From assembly GCA_016794365.1 (NCBI GenBank), contig JAEUKB010000025.1:244693-308692 (forward strand): a stretch of DNA of 64,000 nucleotides. Reading direction: 5' to 3'. This stretch comes from Myxococcales bacterium (GTDB lineage: Bacteria; Myxococcota_A; Polyangia; Palsa-1104; JAEUJZ01). Position 1 is the stretch's first letter, and every line of letters begins with the position of its first letter. The notes under the pieces were generated by a model that ran no database searches, had not been told where the DNA came from, and was given only the letters and a program-made list of their open reading frames with translations. The translations under genes were made by a program, and so were the position numbers. Positions 47,745 to 58,610 of this stretch are shown here, piece by piece.

Positions 47745-48755
47745 TCACCACAGACAGTGATGCGTTTCGACCACTCCGAACAGACCATCGACAGACAGCG
47801 GAGGATGCCCAGATTCCGTCGAAAAGACCGTTCCTTGATAGCTTCCGTAGGGCTGGATAAAGCGGCTCATCACAAGCCCCAAGTTGAGCTGTTCTTCGCG
47901 CGTTCCGTATGGTGTAAACACCAGATTGATCTCGCTGCGGTGGGGATCTTTGCTGCGAATCTGCCAGGGCTCTGTACGCGGATTGTCCGGTAAGGAAAAC
48001 GTCACACCACCGAGTGGATAGACACGTCCATCGATCCACAGCGCGTTTTCTTGGGAGTCTCCCGCTGCGTCATCGTACACCAGCGCAGACAGGTTCAGTC
48101 CGACGCGAACCGCACCACGATATCCTTGCAAGGAACACCACAGCCAGCGCGTCTCACGCAGCGCCACAGAGCGCGTCCAGTCCAGGCTGGCCACTGCTTC
48201 CCGTAGATCGATCGCGGTGTCGTTGACAAACAGACTTCCGTGTACACGCAGTCCGGCTGCTTTGTGCGTGTAGGCAGGATGTCCAGTTGGGAGCCTGAAC
48301 AGGAGTGCCAGTGCTTCGTCATTTTGGACGGAGACTTGACCATGAACGCGCACCTTGCCAAGCCGCAAGTCGATCGTCATCTGCCAGCCATTTTGATAGG
48401 ACACAGCCAGCCGGTTTGCGCCGTCTTGCCACGCAGTCTGTCCCTGGACAGAGCTGTCTGCAAACTGAAGTCCTCGTCCGAGCGGAGACAGAGACGTGTA
48501 TTCGTGCTTTTCCGTAGGACGCGATCGATCGATAAGATACGCAAACACTTTCGCTGCGTAGCCCAGATCCACCAGCGCGAACGCGAAGAAGTGTTGCGGG
48601 GTTGCGATGCTCTGGTAATGCCAGCGCTTGAGCTTCCAGCGCGACAGAAGTCCCGGTGCATCAATATTAGGCGTATGAATTGCCTCTTTATAGCGACCAA
48701 ACAGATAGGAATCCCCGTGCTTTGCGCAGTCCGGTGCGGTAGGTAGGATCGTCAT
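47745..48755 (-). CDS. DUF2804-like hypothetical protein
   Basis: 336 aa, no TM. Assignment is by overall resemblance only. Confidence 0.3.
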   Translation of the reverse strand: MTILPTAPDCAKHGDSYLFGRYKEAIHTPNIDAPGLLSRWKLKRWHYQSIATPQHFFAFALVDLGYAAKVFAYLIDRSRPTEKHEYTSLSPLGRGLQFADSSVQGQTAWQDGANRLAVSYQNGWQMTIDLRLGKVRVHGQVSVQNDEALALLFRLPTGHPAYTHKAAGLRVHGSLFVNDTAIDLREAVASLDWTRSVALRETRWLWCSLQGYRGAVRVGLNLSALVYDDAAGDSQENALWIDGRVYPLGGVTFSLPDNPRTEPWQIRSKDPHRSEINLVFTPYGTREEQLNLGLVMSRFIQPYGSYQGTVFSTESGHPPLSVDGLFGVVETHHCLW

Positions 48756-49152
48756 GGCTCCTTCATATCAGCTTCTGGTCGCAGTCGGGTGCTGACGTGC
48801 GATGTCGGTGTTTAGAAGGTGTTTACAAATGAAACACTTTCTAAGCAAAAGTACCGGCGCTATTTGGTTCGTGGTGCGGACGTTGGCGCAGCATTCGGTG
48901 TTGCTGTGGTCTTTGGGATGGACTCCGCTTTGGCGGCTGGAACGGGCTCTGCCGCACTGGGAAACAGCGATCCTGTCTCCCCCAGACTGAGCTGTAACGG
49001 AAGACTACTCGCAGGGTTTCCCAAAAAGACCAGCTTTGCGTTCGGGGACTTGGCGAACTCGCTTGTGACCTCGAGGCCGCGCCAGCGCAGCATGAGCTCT
49101 GCATTCTTCCCTGCAATCTGACTGAACCGAGCGCTTCGTTTCCACCTGGCCA

Positions 49153-51045
49153 GTGCGGATCGCACGGGAGCTGGCTCCGTTTGCGCTGACCGACGGAGCT
49201 TGGCTGGAAGGTGCGGCGCGCGCAAACGTCATCGAGAGTCGAGTCGGAATGTTGCTTCTGCGCCAGCTGATGATCCGATTCGGCGATCCGGGTACCCGTG
49301 AGTCTTATGCGGAGCGATATGCCCAGCTCTTGCGCAGCATCGGCACCGTGCCAGAGAGCATCACGCGCTGGGAACACAAGGAGTCTGTCTCCTGCTGTGA
49401 CATGTCGTATGAGTACGCGCTGCTCGGACACTGTCTGAGTCTGTTCCCTTCTGTGCTGTTTCCAGAGACGGTTGGGTTCAATCTGTGGGCTGCTGTGAGC
49501 GGTCCAAGTCCGCTGCTGCGATCACTGCAAGCTCGGTTGGGAGCGAACGCCTGCACGCGCTACTTCGATCGATATGAGGTCGATGCGCTACGCGCGCTCG
49601 CGATCCAGGCTGCGGTCGAGCTGCTTCAGTGGTCAGCATCGAAAAGCAGCACGGTGATGGAACGACTCGCCAGTGGATTCATCGCCGCTCGGCGCGCCCA
49701 GCTTCGCTGGGAACAAGCCATGTGTGGCGGCGCAATTCCGATCTCAGCGCAGGATGCCGTACTGGAGATGATCCAGCGAAAGGCACGATTTGCAGCGGGA
49801 CACCATTCCGCCGTGTATTTGCAAGGAGAGAGTCTGGAAGGACTCCTAAACGGACAACAAGCGTGCCACCAGCGGATCTTGCAGCACCTGGCCAGCTCGT
49901 CGCTGATCTCACCGGGGAGACCGGATGAAAGTCCGCTGCTTACGCACTCTGTATCGGTCACTGGGCCGATGTTTGAAGCGTTCACTCAGACAGAACTCCG
50001 AGAGCTTCGGGAATGGATCGAAGGTCTTGTCCAGGACACCCCGTCCGTTGCTCCGCAGCCTCGCTTCGATGTGGAAGGGGTGTATGTTCCGCCTCTCGAT
50101 CTCGAAGCCGCAGCAGAGAAGGAAACCGCGCAGATCGCTCGCATGAAGCCGTACGAGGTTCTGTTTCGCTTCGTCAATGCGGATCGGTATCCGCTCTTCC
50201 GAATCTATGCAAAACGCTACGCGGAGTCCGTCCTTGCGCAGATCGATAAGGTGTTCGCTACCGAGCCGTTGTTTGCGGAAGAAAAGCCACCGACGTACAC
50301 GGAATCCGCCGTCGCACAGCTTGTATGGAAGCACCATGAACGGAACCTCCGCTGGCGTACACAGAGTCAAGAACAGCTGGAAGCACTCTGGCAGCAGATG
50401 TTCCGTACCGAACCGATGATGCTGCCCCTGGATGGTTGTTGGTTACAGGGCTTTGTGGATGTCTATCGCTCTGGTCTGGAGGAATACGGTTGGCTGTTTC
50501 GGATCTATGCATCCGAGCAGGGAGACGGTCAGATCGACTGGAATCACAACCGGATCTATCGACTCTGTTTCACGGAAGATGACCCCAAGTTCCATGCCCC
50601 GACAACGTCGCTGGAGCTGTTCGCAGCCTATCGTGATCACTTTCTTTCTGGGGTGCTTCTGAAGACCGCGATGTCGCTCCACACCTCGTATTTTCTGCCT
50701 GAGCTGCTGGGTCTGAACCTGGCCAATGAAGCATCAGGAGTCGGCGGAACATATCTCTACTATGCGCATCGCTATGCAGAAGCAGACAGTCCGTATCGCT
50801 CGCTCGATTTCAAGCTTCACAACAGCATCGATAACTATGTCTCGGGTCACACCAAGTGGTCCCTGTCTGCCGTTCAGGCGTTCATGAACCGCGTCCGGGC
50901 AGTCGCGCCATCCCTTGTGGATGCGCAGTGGCGACGGATCTGGCGCTTTCTGCGACTAGGGCAAGTCTTCGATCATGGCTCCCCCGCAGAGCAGCGTGCC
51001 TTTGCCGGAATCTGGTTCCCTCCAGCATCTGCTCAGCTATTTTGA
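49153..51045 (+). CDS. Large hypothetical protein (630 aa) with three internally repeated ~200-aa helical modules
   Basis: Repeated motifs xRYPLFRIYAKRYAE / ESYAERYAQLLRSI / WLFRIYASEQGDG. No catalytic motif confirmed. Confidence 0.3.
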   Translation: MRIARELAPFALTDGAWLEGAARANVIESRVGMLLLRQLMIRFGDPGTRESYAERYAQLLRSIGTVPESITRWEHKESVSCCDMSYEYALLGHCLSLFPSVLFPETVGFNLWAAVSGPSPLLRSLQARLGANACTRYFDRYEVDALRALAIQAAVELLQWSASKSSTVMERLASGFIAARRAQLRWEQAMCGGAIPISAQDAVLEMIQRKARFAAGHHSAVYLQGESLEGLLNGQQACHQRILQHLASSSLISPGRPDESPLLTHSVSVTGPMFEAFTQTELRELREWIEGLVQDTPSVAPQPRFDVEGVYVPPLDLEAAAEKETAQIARMKPYEVLFRFVNADRYPLFRIYAKRYAESVLAQIDKVFATEPLFAEEKPPTYTESAVAQLVWKHHERNLRWRTQSQEQLEALWQQMFRTEPMMLPLDGCWLQGFVDVYRSGLEEYGWLFRIYASEQGDGQIDWNHNRIYRLCFTEDDPKFHAPTTSLELFAAYRDHFLSGVLLKTAMSLHTSYFLPELLGLNLANEASGVGGTYLYYAHRYAEADSPYRSLDFKLHNSIDNYVSGHTKWSLSAVQAFMNRVRAVAPSLVDAQWRRIWRFLRLGQVFDHGSPAEQRAFAGIWFPPASAQLF

Positions 51046-51276
51046 TAAGCAGCGAGTCTAGCTCACCGACTCCCGCAGTGATAAGTAGCTGCCCGCAGCG
51101 TCGAAAGCCACAGCACATCTCTGTCACGGATAGATGTGCGGCTCCATTGCTCAGCTTGACAGTCAAACGCCTACTTCAAGTAGGCCGTGATGCCAAGCAA
51201 CAACAGGTCCGAAACCCAGATCCTCGTCCGGCGGACCGGACATTGGAATATGTGAAAGCGTTGCGACCCCCGGTTG

Positions 51277-51978
51277 CTACTCGGTAGGCGACGCTTTTTC
51301 CTGCCGCAGTGCCTCAAGGGGCACTGGCCGGTAATACAAGGCGTTCCACATCGCTGGACCGATCAGGGGCACCAGCAGTAGCGCACGCGCCCACGCGGGC
51401 TCGCCGATCAGATCCTCGGGGCGCCGCAGCTTGACGATGAGGTAGGGCAAGAGCGCTGCGCACAGCAGCAGATCGAGCGTCATGACATGCACCAAGCGCG
51501 CATGCCAGAACAGCTCCGCGAAGCCGTCGATGCTGCCCCGCGCCACCGCATATCCAAAAAGACCGAGCAGTCCAACGACGATGCCCCAACGGAACACGGC
51601 GCTGCGAACCAGTCGCATGCCGAGTGCAAAGCGACGCGCTGCGCTGTCCTCCTCGGTACGCAGCAGCAGCCAGGGAACCAGCGCGAAGGCACCACCGGCC
51701 ATCATCAGCAGCCCAAACGGCCACGACCAGACGCGCTGGCGTCGGCCATCCGGTACCAGCAGCGACAAGTAGAGCAACGGCACCACGCCCAGGGTGTTCC
51801 ACACGGCGACCACCGTCGCGTCCAGCCCACCGAAAGAGCCACCAAAGCTGCCGGCGAGCAGGTGGCGCGTCACCGTGGCGTCCTCAGGCGGCGCAAAGGC
51901 AAACGCATAAACGAGCAACCCGGCCCACACCGAAGCAATCAGCAGTTTCGCCAATCGAGAAGAGCGCATCGCCTCCAT
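51277..51978 (-). CDS. Integral membrane protein (about 6 TM)
   Basis: Hydropathy of the translated ORF. Confidence 0.4.
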   Translation of the reverse strand: MEAMRSSRLAKLLIASVWAGLLVYAFAFAPPEDATVTRHLLAGSFGGSFGGLDATVVAVWNTLGVVPLLYLSLLVPDGRRQRVWSWPFGLLMMAGGAFALVPWLLLRTEEDSAARRFALGMRLVRSAVFRWGIVVGLLGLFGYAVARGSIDGFAELFWHARLVHVMTLDLLLCAALLPYLIVKLRRPEDLIGEPAWARALLLVPLIGPAMWNALYYRPVPLEALRQEKASPTE

Positions 51979-52041
51979 ATGTAATCGATTGCCTGGCCAT
52001 GCTCAACGGCTGCGCGATCTGTGGGGGCGTGTGGCGGAACA

Positions 52042-52190
52042 GCGAATAACCTCCGTTTGCGGCTGAGTCACATCACACCGAGGCCGCATAACACGCGGAG
52101 TCACGACGACAATCAAGTGCGCGAGCGGATTCTGGCGCTGCGCGCGAACGGTCATACGCTCAAGCAGATTGCGTCGATTCTGAATGCTAG
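52042..52190 (+). mobile_element. ~150-bp remnant of a serine recombinase gene (~93% identical to 59021-59170)
   Basis: Encodes NLRLRLSHITPR(P/S)HN(T/A)RSHDDNQVRERIL(A/E)LRA(N/K)GHTLKQIASILN, shared with the recombinase fragment at 58.6-59.4 kb. Confidence 0.7.
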
Positions 52191-52386
52191 TGAGGAGACA
52201 GAAGGGGAATAGGAAATCACCGACGGTTTTTTCCGATTTCACGACAACCGGTTGCGCAGATAGCGCACCCGTGGGCGCTCTACGCGCGCTGCTGTGGAGC
52301 CGCCTCCGGTCATGAAGGGAGAGCGTCGTCTCCTCGAACTCCGTTCATCCCAGCATCGACCTTCGGGGAATGAGAAGCTGTAGGGA

Positions 52387-52731
52387 TTAGACCAGCGTGA
52401 AGATTTGCTGCGACTTCGACATCAGTGACGGATCGCCCGAGACCCGCATTCTGCCGCTAAAATAAAGCTGTGAGCCGACCTGCGGGTCGCCATTCCAGAT
52501 GACGAAGTCCTCGCTGGATACAGTGATGGTACACCCCGCCTCGGGCAGTATCCCTTGGCTGATTTTCGGAGCGGACGAAGCGAGGTGAACGGTCCACTCT
52601 CCACCTCCCTCCCCGCTGATCTTGAAAGCGTGGATTCCACCGATTGCACAGGCATCGGCAGGACGTGCAGCAAGGGCGGCAGGAAGGAGCTGGTTGAAGA
52701 ACTGGCTTGCAGAGGTTGCTCTCGTGGTCAT
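52387..52731 (-). CDS. SCP2 sterol-carrier-like domain protein
   Basis: 114 aa. GGEWTVHL ... pattern of SCP2-like small proteins. Confidence 0.4.
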   Translation of the reverse strand: MTTRATSASQFFNQLLPAALAARPADACAIGGIHAFKISGEGGGEWTVHLASSAPKISQGILPEAGCTITVSSEDFVIWNGDPQVGSQLYFSGRMRVSGDPSLMSKSQQIFTLV

Positions 52732-53102
52732 CGGGTTCTCCTTGAGCGCTGCGTGAGGAGGTGCGGGCCCGATTGGACATCCTCTCGGCAGAACCCATCA
52801 CGGCACGCAATACGCATGACAAGTGTTGGTCTCACCGAGAAGTGTTTCCATTGGTGAAAAACCGATTGACAAGCGCCGTGAGTCGTCTTCAGCGCTGGTT
52901 CTCTGTTGAGACTCTTTCCAGGAGCGTCAGCAGTTTGATGAGATCCGCCACGTTCGCGCGCCCGGAATGCAGGCAAAAGCTCGTCGGAGCATCTGCATTG
53001 GGCTACTCGCGAGCAGTCCGAGCAGCCGAGTCAGCTCAGGACTTGGGTTGCACCAAGACGACAGGTAAGCCCCGTCGCGCAATCGTCTGTCGCTTGGTCT
53101 GC

Positions 53103-54110
53103 TCAGCGGACCAGCGCCTTCTGTTGGCGGGCGCTGGCTCGAATTGCGGCAGCCAGCGTCGAGGACGCCGCCCGATCAATCGAAGCCGACACTTTCCCGC
53201 CAAGCCAAGTGACGCGGTCGGCAACCGATTCCAGTCGCTTCGCCAGGCGCTCGTCCCCCATCGCGCGGGCTGCGGAAATGCCAAACGCGCTGGCTGCCGC
53301 GCCGATGCCCGACACGACTGGACCGGAGTCCGCATCTTCGGCCCGCTCGACGCCCACCGGCCACTCGCGAAACCCCGTCACCAGCACGCCATCGACCAAG
53401 TAGCCCGCGACATACCGCTGCCACAGCGCCCTCGCACGCTGCGGATCGACTTCTGCCAGGTAGCGCACGGAAAAGGAAAGCGCGCAGCCTCGGGGATAGC
53501 GCCCTGAGTCCGTCACATGAGCCACTTCCGAGCGCGGCAGTCCGTCTTTGCCAGCGGAACGCTCCACGACGGTGAAGTAGCGCTGGGTGGGCTCTGTGGA
53601 AAGCGTGCCCCCATGCGCGACATCGTAGCGGTGCAGCGATGCCAGCGTCGCACTCTGATCCGCCGGCCAGCGCGCACGCACGCCAGGATAGGACGGCACA
53701 TGCGCCAGCGGCTCTGAAAGGCTCCGTCGCGCCAGCTCCACAGCGATCCGCTTATGCAGTCCCTCGTCGAGACACTTCCCCGTCCGATCCGTCGCCCCCA
53801 GCACAAGCGCCAGGTGCGAAAGCCACAGCCCGTGATTGCTATCCGGGTGCATAAGGTCCAGCGCGTTGGGCCGCGTCGCCAGCGCAAGCTCATAGGTTCG
53901 CTCAAGACAAGCCCGCGCCTCACGCGGCGACGAGGACGCCAAGCCCGCGCAAGCGTCCGCCACATTCGACAGCGCGATGATCCGAAACTCCGATTTCGTC
54001 GCGACGAAGCGACCGTTCAGAAGCAGACTGGTCACGGGCGACGGTAGCTCCGCCGGATACATGCCAAGCAGCGCAGGCAAAAGAAGCGTCGGCGGAAGCG
54101 GAAACACCAT
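53103..54110 (-). CDS. Hypothetical protein
   Basis: 335-aa ORF in the ORF track, N-terminal hydrophobic segment. No motif recognised. Confidence 0.25.
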   Translation of the reverse strand: MVFPLPPTLLLPALLGMYPAELPSPVTSLLLNGRFVATKSEFRIIALSNVADACAGLASSSPREARACLERTYELALATRPNALDLMHPDSNHGLWLSHLALVLGATDRTGKCLDEGLHKRIAVELARRSLSEPLAHVPSYPGVRARWPADQSATLASLHRYDVAHGGTLSTEPTQRYFTVVERSAGKDGLPRSEVAHVTDSGRYPRGCALSFSVRYLAEVDPQRARALWQRYVAGYLVDGVLVTGFREWPVGVERAEDADSGPVVSGIGAAASAFGISAARAMGDERLAKRLESVADRVTWLGGKVSASIDRAASSTLAAAIRASARQQKALVR

Positions 54111-54184
54111 CTGTGTTCATCATACCGGCGAATGAGCGCCGTTCACGAATGGGGACGCCTCAAGCATCGACAGAGCTACGCTAA

Positions 54185-55108
54185 TTAAGAGGCGTTTTGG
54201 CCCCAGTTGAGGGGTTCGCGGGCGGCGAGCCAGCTTGGCGGGATGCTGCTTGGGCCACTAATGAGAGCGACGATGCCTCCCACGATGGCGCAGGTGGTGT
54301 CGCGGTCGCCCAGGCCGGAGACAGTCAGCCACAGCGCCGCTTCGTAGTCGGTCGGGTGCTGGGCGACGCACCACAGCGCAAACGGCACGGTATCTTCCGA
54401 TAGGATGCGACTGCCTGACCCCAAGGCGCTGACGGCCAGGTCGATGGAGCAGCGTTTTGGCAGGGCGCGGGCCTTGTGAAGTCCCTGCTGCGTCGGGCCT
54501 GCCGGGGTATGTTCGATGGCCAGGTCGAGAAGCTGCCACCCCAGGCTCGGATGCCGAGGCAGTGTGCAAGCTCCGGCAGCAGCGATGGCGACCGCGATGG
54601 CTCCGGCCTGTCCATCGGGATGAGCGTGGGTCACGGCGGCAGAGTCGCGAGCCTGTGCAATCACCGCGACGAGGTCATCGGCAAGGTACGCCCCGAGAGG
54701 TGCCACGCGCATTGCCGCACCGTTGCCCATCGAGCCCATGCCCGAAAACGCACGGCCTGCGGCGACCTGCCACGGGGTTCCTTCCGAGATAGCGCGCAGG
54801 ATCTGGTGAGCAGTGCCACCGTAGCCGCGTCGGGGCTCACGGCAATAGCGCTCGGCGAATCGGCTCGCCAAGCGGTCCTTGTCGATGTGTCCCGCATGCT
54901 GGAGAACCTCGACCACGGCCAGCGCCATTTCGGTGTCATCAGTGTAGTACCAAGGCGATGGTGGCAGCGTTCGCACGGACCGAGCGAGTTGCAAGACCTG
55001 AGCAGGGCCAAAAAAGCACTCACCAAAGGCATCGCCGACTGAGAGTCCCATAAGGGCCAGGCGGGCACGCTCCATCCGTTCAGGATGATCGGGTCGCATT
55101 GTTTCCAT
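54185..55108 (-). CDS. ADP-ribosylglycohydrolase family protein (DraG/ARH-like)
   Basis: LALMGLSVGDAFGECFF, YYTDDTEMALAV, GMGSMGNGAAMRVAPLGAY. Start taken at METMRPD. Confidence 0.7.
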   Translation of the reverse strand: METMRPDHPERMERARLALMGLSVGDAFGECFFGPAQVLQLARSVRTLPPSPWYYTDDTEMALAVVEVLQHAGHIDKDRLASRFAERYCREPRRGYGGTAHQILRAISEGTPWQVAAGRAFSGMGSMGNGAAMRVAPLGAYLADDLVAVIAQARDSAAVTHAHPDGQAGAIAVAIAAAGACTLPRHPSLGWQLLDLAIEHTPAGPTQQGLHKARALPKRCSIDLAVSALGSGSRILSEDTVPFALWCVAQHPTDYEAALWLTVSGLGDRDTTCAIVGGIVALISGPSSIPPSWLAAREPLNWGQNAS

Positions 55109-55539
55109 TATCTCACGCCCGGCCAGCAGAAGTTTGGGGTTAGAGCCGCAGCGGACGCACTGCTCCAAGCGTATCCAGAATTTCTGTACTGGCATGCGAC
55201 TCGGTGAGTTAGGGACGGCGGTCGGAGTGCGTCCGTAGCCCATTCGCCTGCTTGCTCGGGGGGTCGGAACAAGAATGCAGATTGACTCCGGTTCGGAAAG
55301 TGTTCCTGGGCAGCTTCTCACATCGTCCCTGAACGCGAACGTGCAGCCGTCGAAGGGAATCCCTGCGGCGCACCGCACGCATAACACCCAAGATCGCTCG
55401 CGATCGGGCCGTTGGTGGGCAGAGGCACCACGCTGTCTGCATCCAGCGACTTGAGCAGTGACTTGCGTAGCGTCTGGTCCGAGGCACTCGGTTCACATCG
55501 CGCATGCGCCGAATAAGCCGACCCCCATTCCGTTCAGGG

Positions 55540-56037
55540 TCAGCAGGCTGGCGATAGAGAAAACTCGCGATAGAAGACATCGATCAACAGCGCATATACG
55601 CGCCGGTTTGGACGAAAGCGCGCGAAGAAAGCTTGGTCGTCTCCACATAGGACGTTGGAGAGGGCCGCTGCGACGCCGGGGGAACGGCTCAATCCGGCGC
55701 TGCAGTGCAGTACGATGCAGCGCAACTTCGTGCGCAAGGGAAGGATGAAGCGCCAGATCTGTCTTGCATCATCACGGGAAAACAGACCCTCTGGACCGTC
55801 TTCCTCTGCTGAAAGATCGCTGTCGAAAAACGCGAGACGTAGAACGCCCAAGCAGTGCGCAGAAGGAGGAATCCGTGCCTCATCGAAGGGGCTGGTGGTG
55901 ATCGACACCACGACGAACGGAACATCAGGCATCGCTGCGGATTCCATTGCTTTGCGGCTGTGAATGACAAAGTCCACGGACTCGTGCTGCGGTTCCATCA
56001 CGGATTCCTTTTCAGACAAGATACGCCCAAGCGACAT
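55540..56037 (-). CDS. Protein-tyrosine/dual-specificity phosphatase-like protein
   Basis: CX5R P-loop VLHCSAGLSRSPGVAAAL. Start codon uncertain (55998 or 56037). Confidence 0.55.
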   Translation of the reverse strand: MSLGRILSEKESVMEPQHESVDFVIHSRKAMESAAMPDVPFVVVSITTSPFDEARIPPSAHCLGVLRLAFFDSDLSAEEDGPEGLFSRDDARQIWRFILPLRTKLRCIVLHCSAGLSRSPGVAAALSNVLCGDDQAFFARFRPNRRVYALLIDVFYREFSLSPAC

Positions 56038-56142
56038 CAGATCGGAGCGCAACCATCGACCGACCCGCGACGACGCAGCGCTGCTCCAGACAAACAACCG
56101 TTCGCAACTTCGCCCTTTGCAGAGGGTAAGAGGGTAAAACTG

Positions 56143-56670
56143 TTAAGGGTTAGACCGCACAATACGAAAGCCGAGGCTGTAGATGCGATTCGTAGGCGCG
56201 TAGTAGTCGCGCTCCGCAACGCGCGCGTACGCCGCATTGTAGTATATGGCACCGCCACGCATTACACGGTTCGTTCCTGTCGATGGTCCTATCGGATCGC
56301 TCGATGGCAGCGCTTCATAGTTCCCCTGATACCAATCCCACACCCACTCCCATACATTCCCGCTTAGATCGTACAGTCCTCTTCCGTTCGCCGTCTTCGT
56401 CTTCACTTCGTGCGTCGTGTTTCCTGAGTTCCCGCTGTGCCATGCCACAGCGTCTGGACTGTCTGCCCCCGCATACACCGTCCGAGGCGGACTCGCGGGG
56501 TTCGCTGCGTATTCCCACTCCGCTTCCGTTGGCAGCCGGTATCCCGTACATTTCACTCCGTCTGCCCATCCCACCGTCGTTCCATTGATTTGATAGCACG
56601 GCGGAAGGTTCTCTTTCACCGACAGCGCGTTGCAGTACGTCACTGCATCAAACCAGCTCACTTGCTCCAC
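56143..56670 (-). pseudogene. C-terminal fragment of a formylglycine-generating-enzyme (FGE/SUMF1) domain gene; N-terminus missing
   Basis: SWFDAVTYCNALS, GYRLPTEAEWEYAA, GNVWEWVWDWY, RVMRGGA. The upstream ~100 aa of the domain are absent and the frame closes at the intron boundary. Confidence 0.6.
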
Positions 56671-56689
56671 AGGAAGATCGTCTCCCTTA

Positions 56690-58610
56690 AAACTGGAGGG
56701 ACTACTTGTGCCACGAAGCTGAACCGAGGTCGTGACCTTGAAACAGCATGCTGCACAGTTGATGAGGGAAGGCCCCTCGGAGTCGGGGAGCAGGCCCAGG
56801 CTCCAAACCGCCCGGAGCTGCGCGAGGGTAACAGCTCGCGTGGTGAGCGTCCGTGGAAAAGTCGAGCATCAAGCTCGGCAGGTGACGCCCCAGAAGACGA
56901 ACGCAAGTAAACCGCCGATGAGGTGTCGAAATCGAATTGTAGATGCCATCGAAACCGGGCTTCTTAGTCTGGCCCGGGACTCAGTCGAGGAGGAGCCTGT
57001 GTTCTGCCTCGACGGTGGCCGGCATAGAGGCCACTGTGCAGAACGTGGGAACCTAGCGCGGGGATGCCAAGGGAGAATCGCAAGGGGGCACAAGACACCC
57101 TCAAGCGAGAGAGTACCGATGTCCAGCGCAGGGACGGATCCGCTTGTAGTAGCGATGAAGCCTGCGAAAGCCGGTGGAGCGAAGGGGCGGACATGTCCAA
57201 GCCGAAGGAGTTGGCCAACTCGGCCCGATGGGACGAGGAGGAGCCGATGACGGAGGCAAAGCCATATTCGATTGGGAAGGTGGAGGTGTGGGAGGCGTAC
57301 AAGCGGGTGAAGGCGAATCGCGGAGCGGCTGGGGTAGACCAGCAGTCGCTGGCGGAGTTCGACCAGAATCTGCGGGGAAACCTGTACAAGATCTGGAATC
57401 GGATGTCTTCGGGGAGCTACCTACCCCCGTCGGTGAGGCGAGTTAAGATTCCCAAGAAGGGAGGCGGCATCCGGCCTCTCGGAGTCCCGACAGTCGCGGA
57501 TCGAATCGCGCAGACGGTCGTGGCGAAACGGATTGAGGAGAAGGTGGAGGGAATCTTCCATCCAGACTCCTACGCGTATCGCCCGAACAAGAGCGCGCTC
57601 GACGCAGTTGGGAAGGCGAGAGAGCGATGCTGGAGACATTCCTGGGTGATCGACCTGGACATCCGCGCCTTCTTTGACAGCCTCGATTGGGAACTGCTGA
57701 TGAAGGCGGTTTCTGTGCATGTCAAAGAGGCGTGGATGCTGCTGTACATAAAGCGCTGGCTGATGGCTCCGGCTATCGGCAGCGACGGCGTAGAGCAGTC
57801 ACGGTCCAGCGGGACGCCGCAAGGTGGCGTGGTAAGTCCAGTGCTCGCAAATCTGTTTCTGCACTACGCGTTCGATGCGTGGATGAAGCGGACGTATCCC
57901 GAGATTCCGTTCGAGAGATACGCCGATGACATCGTCATTCACTGCGCGAGTGAAGATCAGGCAAAGAGCGTGCTGGATGCGGTGAGACAGAGACTGAAGG
58001 AATGCCGACTGGAACTGTCCGAACAGAAGACAAAAATCGTCTACTGCCGAGACAGCAACCGCAAAGGGAAGTATGAGCAAGTATGCTTCGATTTCCTGGG
58101 CTACACCTTCCGTCCTCGTCGAGCGCAGAGCCACAGCGGGAACCGACTCTGGAGCTTCCTGCCCGCGATCAGCAGTGCTGCGGCCAAGCGAATCCGGCAG
58201 ACGGTGCGAGGGTGGCACATCCCATCCCGAGCGCACAAAACGCTGGAGGAGATGGCGCCGTGGATCGACCCCGCCGTACGCGGATGGATGAACTACTACG
58301 GGCGGTATTGCCGCTCGGAGTGTGTTCGGGTGTTGCGGTACATCAACCTGGAGCTGGCGAAGTGGGCGCGGAAAAAGTACAAGAACCTCCGCAAACACGA
58401 CCGTCGGTCAGAGCACTATCTTGGGCGTCTGTCACGAAGACGCCCAGACCTGTTAGCGCTCTGGAAACTCGGGGTGTATGGCCGGTGTATGCACCAACCG
58501 AAATGGCAAGGACATGAAGAGCCGTATGAGCCGAGAGGTTCAAGTACGGTTCTGTGAGAGCGTGCGGGTGCGATTCCCGTGCGCTACTCGACGCCGTTCG
58601 ATCAAGCACT
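56690..58610 (+). mobile_element. Group II intron (boundaries approximate) with intron-encoded RT/maturase
   Basis: The IEP ORF carries RT motifs. Domain V gagccgtatgagccgagaggttcaagtacggttct lies at 58519-58553, matching the GAGCcGUAUG...CGUACGGUUC consensus. The 5' end is placed ~500 nt upstream of the IEP start. Confidence 0.55.
57193..58557 (+). CDS. Group II intron reverse transcriptase/maturase
   Basis: RVKIPKKGGGIRPLGVPTVADRIAQ (RT1/2), SYAYRPNKSALDAV, YADDIVIHC (RT5 YADD), C-terminal maturase/X domain WMNYYGRY. Confidence 0.85.
   Translation: MSKPKELANSARWDEEEPMTEAKPYSIGKVEVWEAYKRVKANRGAAGVDQQSLAEFDQNLRGNLYKIWNRMSSGSYLPPSVRRVKIPKKGGGIRPLGVPTVADRIAQTVVAKRIEEKVEGIFHPDSYAYRPNKSALDAVGKARERCWRHSWVIDLDIRAFFDSLDWELLMKAVSVHVKEAWMLLYIKRWLMAPAIGSDGVEQSRSSGTPQGGVVSPVLANLFLHYAFDAWMKRTYPEIPFERYADDIVIHCASEDQAKSVLDAVRQRLKECRLELSEQKTKIVYCRDSNRKGKYEQVCFDFLGYTFRPRRAQSHSGNRLWSFLPAISSAAAKRIRQTVRGWHIPSRAHKTLEEMAPWIDPAVRGWMNYYGRYCRSECVRVLRYINLELAKWARKKYKNLRKHDRRSEHYLGRLSRRRPDLLALWKLGVYGRCMHQPKWQGHEEPYEPRGSSTVL

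Noticed and set aside
48841-49431. 196-aa minus-strand ORF overlapping the start of the 630-aa gene
   Set aside because: Overlaps a longer plus-strand ORF and the DUF2804 gene terminus region. No motifs. Likely spurious.
51168-51186. Hairpin cgcctac-ttcaa-gtaggcg in the convergent intergenic region (also gcacatct...agatgtgc at ~51108-51135)
   Set aside because: Stems exist but are not followed by a U-tract on either strand, so they are not convincing intrinsic terminators. They may still be RNA structure.
52213-52386. Intergenic regions near mobile remnants (52213-52386, 55109-55540, 59432-59660) inspected for tRNA/tmRNA attachment sites
   Set aside because: No cloverleaf-compatible sequence or GTTCGAATC-type T-arm was seen. 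A tRNA scan would be needed to be certain.
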